Source: Vicugna vicugna
Lineage: Eukaryota
Assembly: GCA_013265495.1 (NCBI GenBank)
Contig: MU058868.1
Span: 1,684,587 to 1,748,586 of the forward strand
Length of the DNA: 64,000 nucleotides
Direction: 5' to 3'
Both the position numbers and the translations under genes were made by a program. Below are positions 58,201 to 64,000 of this stretch, piece after piece. Each line of letters begins with the position of its first letter. The stretch's first letter is position 1. The notes beneath the pieces were generated by a model that did not search any database, was not told where the DNA came from, and was given only the letters and a program-made list of their open reading frames with translations.

Positions 58201-61200
58201 TATTGCACTGCTTTTGACATGACTGTACATGGAGTTACTTCTGTGACTTCTCTTCTGACTGTTCACTGAGCGGAGACACAGCTGACTTGTGTGTGCTGAC
58301 TCCGCACCCCACTACTTTGCCGAATTCATTTTTTCAGAGTTCATAGCTTTTCTGTGGAATCACTGGGATTTTCTACACATCAGATCACATCATCTGCAAA
58401 CAGAGGTAAGGCTGGTGCACGTTCAGGTGCTGGGTCCTGGGTCATGTCTGGCTCCTGGCCTGGCCTCTGGGGTCTAGCCTGGCACCCAGGGGCCCAGGAG
58501 CCACGTCCCGGGAGCCCTGGGCCTGCACGTACCTGGTGTGGTTGGCTTCAGTCTTCGTCTGGGCTTTCGGTCCAGCTGCCCAGTGGAGGGAGAGGCGTCT
58601 CCTCTGCCATGTGGCCATGTCCTCCTTGTCAGAAACCACGAGCAGCTCTGAGTTCCTCCCAAGTGCTCTGAAAGGGTGCACCAGAGTGTAACCTGAATCC
58701 AAGTGGGACAGGGACAGAAACGGCCTCTGAGTGTTACCAGGCCCCTGGGGAGGCTCTCTGGGGTGAGGCCTCTGGAAGTTCATTTTCAACAAACATGCAT
58801 TTCCCGCGCAGAGGTGAGCGACGGCTTTAGCAGTGGTGTGCGACGGCTTTAGCAGTGGTGCTTGGGCCAGGTCCAAGAACAGACCAGGTCCTTGCCCGTG
58901 GAGGACACGAACAAACCAGACTGACTGCTGGGAAGAAACAACGGACAGAAAAACAGCAGAGGAGGGTGAGGGAGACCGGTTGGGGGCGCTGGGGGTGGAG
59001 CCAGGAAGCCAAGCTAACCAGGTCAGAGAAGGCCTGTTCCAGAGACCCGGGGCGGGGAGCAGGGCTTAACCCAGTCGTGAGGCAGAAGAGCCGTCGAGGT
59101 GCAGGGAGCGGCCTGTAGGGGAGGGCACAGGGCCTGGCGGGTCCAGGTGAGGCCACGTGGGCGGTGGCTGGGCAGAGGGAGGTGCAGGTGGGCAGCAGCC
59201 AGCTGCAACCCCCGCCCGCCCGACTCCAGCAGGCAGTGCGGCCCCTGCGGCTCCCTGCCCTGAGCTGCAGTCTCTTCTGATGGGTCTCCCTGGGGTGTGG
59301 CCAGCCTCTCCGGCGCCACCCCCACGGCTGGTGGAGAGGCGCAAGCTGCCTGAGGGTCAGGGGGAGAGCGACAGGCAGGGAAGCCTCCCCGAGGTTACGA
59401 GGGGAAAGCGAGGACGGGGCACAGGGCGTGCTGAGCGGAGGGGCCGCCAGACCCCAAAGGGCGCCCGCTGGGCATGTGCAGGTGCTCAGCACCACAGATG
59501 TGCTGCGAACGGGGACGTGGGCTTGTCCTTGAGACGCGACCTGCGATCAGGCCAGGAGAGGGACCCCACAGTCACGAAAGAGCGAGGGGACCAAGGGCAA
59601 GCAACCCCCGGGGACGAGGAGGGAGCGTCGGGGGTGTTGGGTCGTGGGGGGCGGCGGTGAGGACACCGCAGCTCATGGGGTGAACAGAGGCTATGGCTCT
59701 TTCTCAGAGAACTGCTGTTGATTCTCTCTCCTCCCCAAATTCGGGACGCTGCAGAAGCTGTACAGAGAAACGTGGCCAACCGGATGCACACTGTGAGCGG
59801 TGTGTGAGTTAAAAAGCTGTCGCCACACGCAAACAAGCAGAAAGGCAAATCTTACTGGTGTACTGTGTTTCTCCCCCATGTGCTACTTCAACACACAGTC
59901 AATATAAAAACCGAGGCGTTTTATGTATTTTTGGCAGTGAGACTTGCTACGTGGGGAAACTCTGCCCTTACTCGGTTCAGACTCTCCACACGCGGCTGTG
60001 ACCCTGATTTTCCAAAGTGCGGGCGTGGACGCAGCCACACAGAGGGGAAGGCTGCTGCTCCGCGTGACGGACTTCACGTGTTTTTGTCTTCTAACTTTCC
60101 CGTATTCCAAATTTTCTAGAGAATATGCACTACTTTTCAAAGATTTTAAATTCTGAACTACAACATATTTGAAAAAGCTCCGTCAAAACAACTCACCTTG
60201 GCTTTGCTTCTTCGGAGTCGCTATGTAGAGGATCCCGAGGAGAAAGTTAACGAGCTCGGGTATGAACCTCTGAGACAGAGACACGTAGTCCAGGAACACG
60301 CAGCACACGAACAGGCCCTTCAGCACGTCTCGCAGGGACAGGACGGGGCACTGTGGAGGACCAGGGCACGGCCCGGGAGGCTCAGTAGGGGAGAGTGTTG
60401 TGATCACAGGGCCCCCCTTTCGGAGTGGAACGATCATTACTGCAGGGCGTGTGCACCCCTCACACGCCCAATGGAGGCAAAAGGAACTATGGGGACCTTT
60501 TTAAGCCAAGAGGGGAACGGGGCCCCACATCAGACCTGATGCTTTCTGGGGTCACACCTTCTGCCCCTGGCCTGGGGCGGCCGAGCTCGGGAGCGCGGGG
60601 CGGGGCGGGGCGAGGCGAGGCCACTTCTGATCTCCCCACCCCCGCAGGAGAGCTGTTCTGCCGCCAGAGCCGGGGGTCGGTCCCGGGACGCCGGGGTGGG
60701 GGGTGCTGACGTACCTTGGTGAGCAGCTGGCTCATACACAGCAGCGCGGGGGTGACGACGGGGTGCCGGAAGTCCGAGGTTGGAAACAACATCCCAACGA
60801 TTTTCAAGTAAATGAGCTGGAAAGAAAGTCACCACACAGGTTAAAAAGGGAAAACAAAGGTGAAAACGGCGCCTTTTGAAAGGGCCCAAGAGCAAAATAG
60901 GTTTTGAAGCTCCTGAGGGAACACAGCCAAGTACGCAAGGACACCAGCTGTCATGTGTCTGGCGGCCAGATCAGGGCCCCCGAAGGTGCCCGTGCCCCCC
61001 TCACCTCCCCACGCGCTGGGCAGGGCCACCCTCACAGCACAAGGCCAACTCCTCCAGGACATGCGGTGTTTTAGAAAATAGAGACAGGACCGTGGGCCTG
61101 GCGGGGCTGACGAGCCCTTCCTGGCCAAGGTCACTTGCCAGCCAGGCACTCACTGCCCCCTCGGCCTTAGCCCAGGAGGCAGTAGCCCGAGCTTCTCGGG

Positions 61201-63664
61201 ACCAAACGCCACCAGCTCTGCTCTGGGAGAAGAACCCCTCCCCTCCATTCGACCCCACAAAGCGAGCGGGCAGAACAGCATGCACTTCGAGGTCCCGGGT
61301 CTCCCGAGCCCCAGGCTCCGCCCCACGTCCGGCCCCACAGAGCCGAGGCAGAGCTGCCCTGGGAGCGGCCGTGGCAGTGTCAGCAGGAGAGCCCGCTTCC
61401 GTCTGGGCAGGAGGGAGCTGCGTCCTCCCGAATAATGAAGCGTCACACTTCTCTCTACACTAGAAGCTGGGAGGGACCAGGGCTCCAACACCCCTGCCGG
61501 GTCCAGAGGTAGCAGCTCTCCTGACTACAGGGCAGCCAGGAGCCGCCCGGGGCAGCAGCCCTGCCACCCGCTGGTGCGGGGGCCCGGGGCCTGCGCTCCC
61601 TCACCTGTGGGACGGCACACCGCACTCACGCCTCCCAGGGCACCGTGAGGACGAGATTCAGCCTCATGTACCGGGCCTGCCTCTGAGCGTCCACAGCACG
61701 CGACTGCCCTTTCCCACCCAGACTTTTAAGAACATCCAGGAACGTTTTACGAGCAGAGAGGGAGCCCCTATCACTACAGACAGAAGTCTCTGGAACAGCC
61801 TTCCACGTGGCCCGAGGGAAAACCCTTCTGCCGGCCACTGGAGGCTGGAGGTGGACGACTGCACTAAACCAGCCCCCTCTCACCACGTCCAGGCCCGGGA
61901 AGGCCGCCCGGCCAGTGGACTCTACTGTCGCTTCCATCTCGTGCATGGCGTCTCGGAGGACGAACTTCATGGAGTCACTTGCAGAATCAGGAAACATCTG
62001 GCAGAGATTATATAAATGCCTGTTCATCAGAAACACCAGTCAGTCAGGGCTGAAGGTCTTCAGGTGACAAAAACAGAAAAAAACCCCAAACCTCCTACGT
62101 TGCCCACGTTCTGCGAAGTCACCTGCCGACTGAGCCAGTAAGAACTGGGTCACTGGAGGAACCCACTTTCCTGTCCTGGCAGCCGGCAGGCCCTCCAGTG
62201 GTGTTTTACAATAACCTATGCTCCCTTCTGCTGTTTCCCAAACCTCCGGTCATGACTTCTCGGGAGCAAAGGTGGCAGGAGCTGTATTTTCAATGATAAC
62301 AGCTCAGGAGGTACCCTCTGCACCAGAGGGGGCCACCAGGTCCAAGATGCTCTGCATGCGGACTCACTGGCCCCCCACCAAGCGCTCCTGGAGGCCGAGA
62401 GCCCCACTGGGCCACCCGCTCTCACTGACCCTCCTGACTCAGACCTCTGCCCGCTGCACTCCCTCCAGCCCACACGAGGCCGGAGCCGCCTGTCAGGGGT
62501 TCTGCTGCGGTGAGGGTGCTGTACACGGCCCAGGCCTGGGGCGGGGGTGGGGGGAGAGCGGGGCGACCACCAGATGCTGCCTGCGACGGGTTCCAAACCC
62601 CCCTCCCCCCGCCCCGGCAGAGCCTGAGGCTTCACTGGTGACGGAACAAGACAATTAGGCATCAGACACTATGAACACGGCTGAAGGGGCCCGACTGTCT
62701 CAGAGTCACTCTGCAGTTAAAAACACGTCCCATTTCTGTGGTGATGCAAGACGTGTGTTAACACGACTGAAGAGTGGGGTGTCGGCACTGAAGTCACCGC
62801 AGCCATGCCTGCTGTGGGCCTTGCTTCAAGGCCGACCTTAATAAATGCAGAATGTATTTTTACTAAACAGCATAAAGTCTGTTCAGCTCGGCCCCACCTT
62901 CTAGACAACCCACCAGCTTCACTTACACGACCAACTTGTCAATTATGCCGAGGCCTGGGGGGTCCTCTGTAGCCAAATCGCCAATGTATTCCAAAAGGAA
63001 GCCGAACAGCTTCTGCGTGGGAGCAGGGGTTGGAGAGAGTTCAGACCCAGGACTGAGCACACGAGGCGCTGCCCCCACGCCGCGACGGCAGGGCTGGGAC
63101 AGGAGCCACCGCACCTCGTGGGCAGAGGCCCGCGGTCACTCACGGGAGCAGCTAAGAGCTCAGGGTCTGGGCGTGCCCTTTAGGCAGCAGCCACAACACC
63201 CAAGTCTAGAACACACCCAGCATGGCGCCTTGTCCAGTGGCCAGCCAGCATTTACTCAGAGAGGACGAGGCCCCTATTTCCCCAGAAGTCTGGCTTTGCT
63301 GCTTGACGGCCGAGTGAGGTGAGCTCACAGGGAAACGAGGGAACAGAGCTGGCCGCCCGGGCCTGCTGTGGGCCTTGGAGTGATGGCCGTCAGGGCCTGG
63401 CTCTCTGCTCATCCCGCCCCCTAGGCGTGGGATCACGCCACGTGGTGGTGAGCGGGGGATGCACTTCGTCACGCCAGCTTTGGCGGTAGGCGCTCAGGCC
63501 GGCCCCCCCCGCACCCCCGTACACACTGCGTACTTCTAGCTTGGCTTTGTTTCCCACCGCGAGACTTGGGTGGCTGCATTTCTGAATTCTCTCCACAACC
63601 AGAAGCTGCTCTTCCACCGACTTTCCTGACAGTAAAGACTTCAGTTCCTCGTAGGATTCCGGAG
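55142..63664 (-). CDS. NOP14: Nucleolar protein 14, partial (last 10 exons, about 430 codons; 5' part lies beyond the window)
   Basis: PESYEELKSLL...FPTSDFRHPVVTPALL...KREFRGAVREIRRDNQFLAR...EGEWKALKRKKFKK*; GT-AG introns with consistent phases. Confidence 0.97.
55454..55609 (-). CDS. NOP14: NOP14 penultimate exon (156 nt)
   Basis: LEFGRKQGSSKEEQERKRLIHKHKREFRGAVREIRRDNQFLARMQLSEITE. Confidence 0.95.
55753..55871 (-). CDS. NOP14: NOP14 exon (119 nt)
   Basis: ELGQSALTEMETQAQLCRPLVCEKSKPVPLKLFTPRLVR. Confidence 0.94.
56495..56642 (-). CDS. NOP14: NOP14 exon (148 nt)
   Basis: LSCLAVCLALVERCVRVYGALPSFHDIVRPLRALLTEHLADGSHPRELQ. Confidence 0.94.
57085..57910 (+). mobile_element. L1 (L1MB-like) 3' region with N gap, in NOP14 intron
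   Basis: gaaagatgctcaacatcac...gacaaggatgtggagaaacc...tgtatgattccac...atggttaagatggtaagttttat...caataaaaaaa. Confidence 0.8.
57483..57652. other. N gap (170 nt)
   Basis: Run of n inside an L1. Confidence 0.99.
58005..58395. mobile_element. Short MaLR LTR fragment (~58005-58080) followed by an antisense L1 ORF2 fragment (~58085-58395)
   Basis: gtgaccccacaaaattcc...gtgatggtctgtggaggtg; gatgtgtttccatctac...catcatctgcaaacagag. Confidence 0.6.
58533..58692 (-). CDS. NOP14: NOP14 exon (160 nt)
   Basis: GYTLVHPFRALGRNSELLVVSDKEDMATWQRRRLSLHWAAGPKAQTKTEANHT. Confidence 0.94.
58818..58860. repeat. Perfect 21-bp tandem duplication (period 22)
   Basis: gcgacggctttagcagtggtg t gcgacggctttagcagtggtg. 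Confidence 0.95.
60197..60350 (-). CDS. NOP14: NOP14 exon (154 nt)
   Basis: CPVLSLRDVLKGLFVCCVFLDYVSLSQRFIPELVNFLLGILYIATPKKQSQ. Confidence 0.94.
60715..60816 (-). CDS. NOP14: NOP14 exon (102 nt)
   Basis: LIYLKIVGMLFPTSDFRHPVVTPALLCMSQLLTK. Confidence 0.94.
61884..62019 (-). CDS. NOP14: NOP14 exon (136 nt)
   Basis: HLYNLCQMFPDSASDSMKFVLRDAMHEMEATVESTGRAAFPGLDV. Confidence 0.94.
62927..63012 (-). CDS. NOP14: NOP14 exon (86 nt)
   Basis: KLFGFLLEYIGDLATEDPPGLGIIDKLV, donor gtaagt. Confidence 0.94.
63534..63664 (-). CDS. NOP14: NOP14 exon (131 nt)
   Basis: APESYEELKSLLSGKSVEEQLLVVERIQKCSHPSLAVGNKAKLE. Confidence 0.94.
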
Positions 63665-64000
63665 CTGTCAAAAACGCAAAATACACTCCGCACTTAACAC
63701 GTCAAACGGGAATCCTCACGTTCTGTAACAGAGATAAAAACTAAACATAAACTAAGTAACAGGATGTCTTCCACTTCACCCAAAGAGACAATCCAACGTA
63801 TTTTACGGAAACACTGATTTCACTTCCCACTGTAATCACCACAGATACTTCTCATGGCCAAGGTGAGGCCAGAGGGAATGGGGCTCCTGCTGGTGACTAC
63901 GTTTCCGAGACACCTCAAAGAAGAAGTGCCCGCCCACCGTCCCTCCATCAGGAATCTGCTTCAATACCCAACACGTGGGGAGCAGAGGGCACGGCGTGCT

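Noticed and set aside
60589-60620. G-quadruplex-like GGGGC runs in NOP14 and MFSD10 introns
   Set aside because: Expected at this GC content; nothing distinctive

Overview
Mammalian genomic window, probably camelid (inferred from a tRNA-derived SINE at ~10.2-10.3 kb and the L1 end sequences), syntenic with the human ADD1-MFSD10-NOP14 cluster. It contains: (1) most of ADD1 (alpha-adducin, + strand, CDS 9474-46533; promoter and exon 1 lie upstream of the window; the end of exon 10 and probably all of exon 11 fall in N gaps), with a 93-nt cassette exon and a 34-nt microexon that builds a stop codon across its splice junction; (2) a complete MFSD10 CDS (- strand, 12 coding exons, 456 aa) with a CpG-island promoter; (3) the last 10 exons of NOP14 (- strand). 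Introns carry L1, L2, MIR, MaLR, MER5 and SINE fragments. Most notable unexplained structures: a ~170-bp, ~93%-identical inverted repeat bracketing the first three coding exons of MFSD10; a ~365-bp TSD-flanked element made of an L1 5' end joined directly to an L1 3' end; and TAAC and TGCATG motif clusters next to ADD1 alternative splice sites. Gene and repeat names rest on recalled sequences, not database searches. No prokaryotic-type systems (CRISPR etc.) are present.
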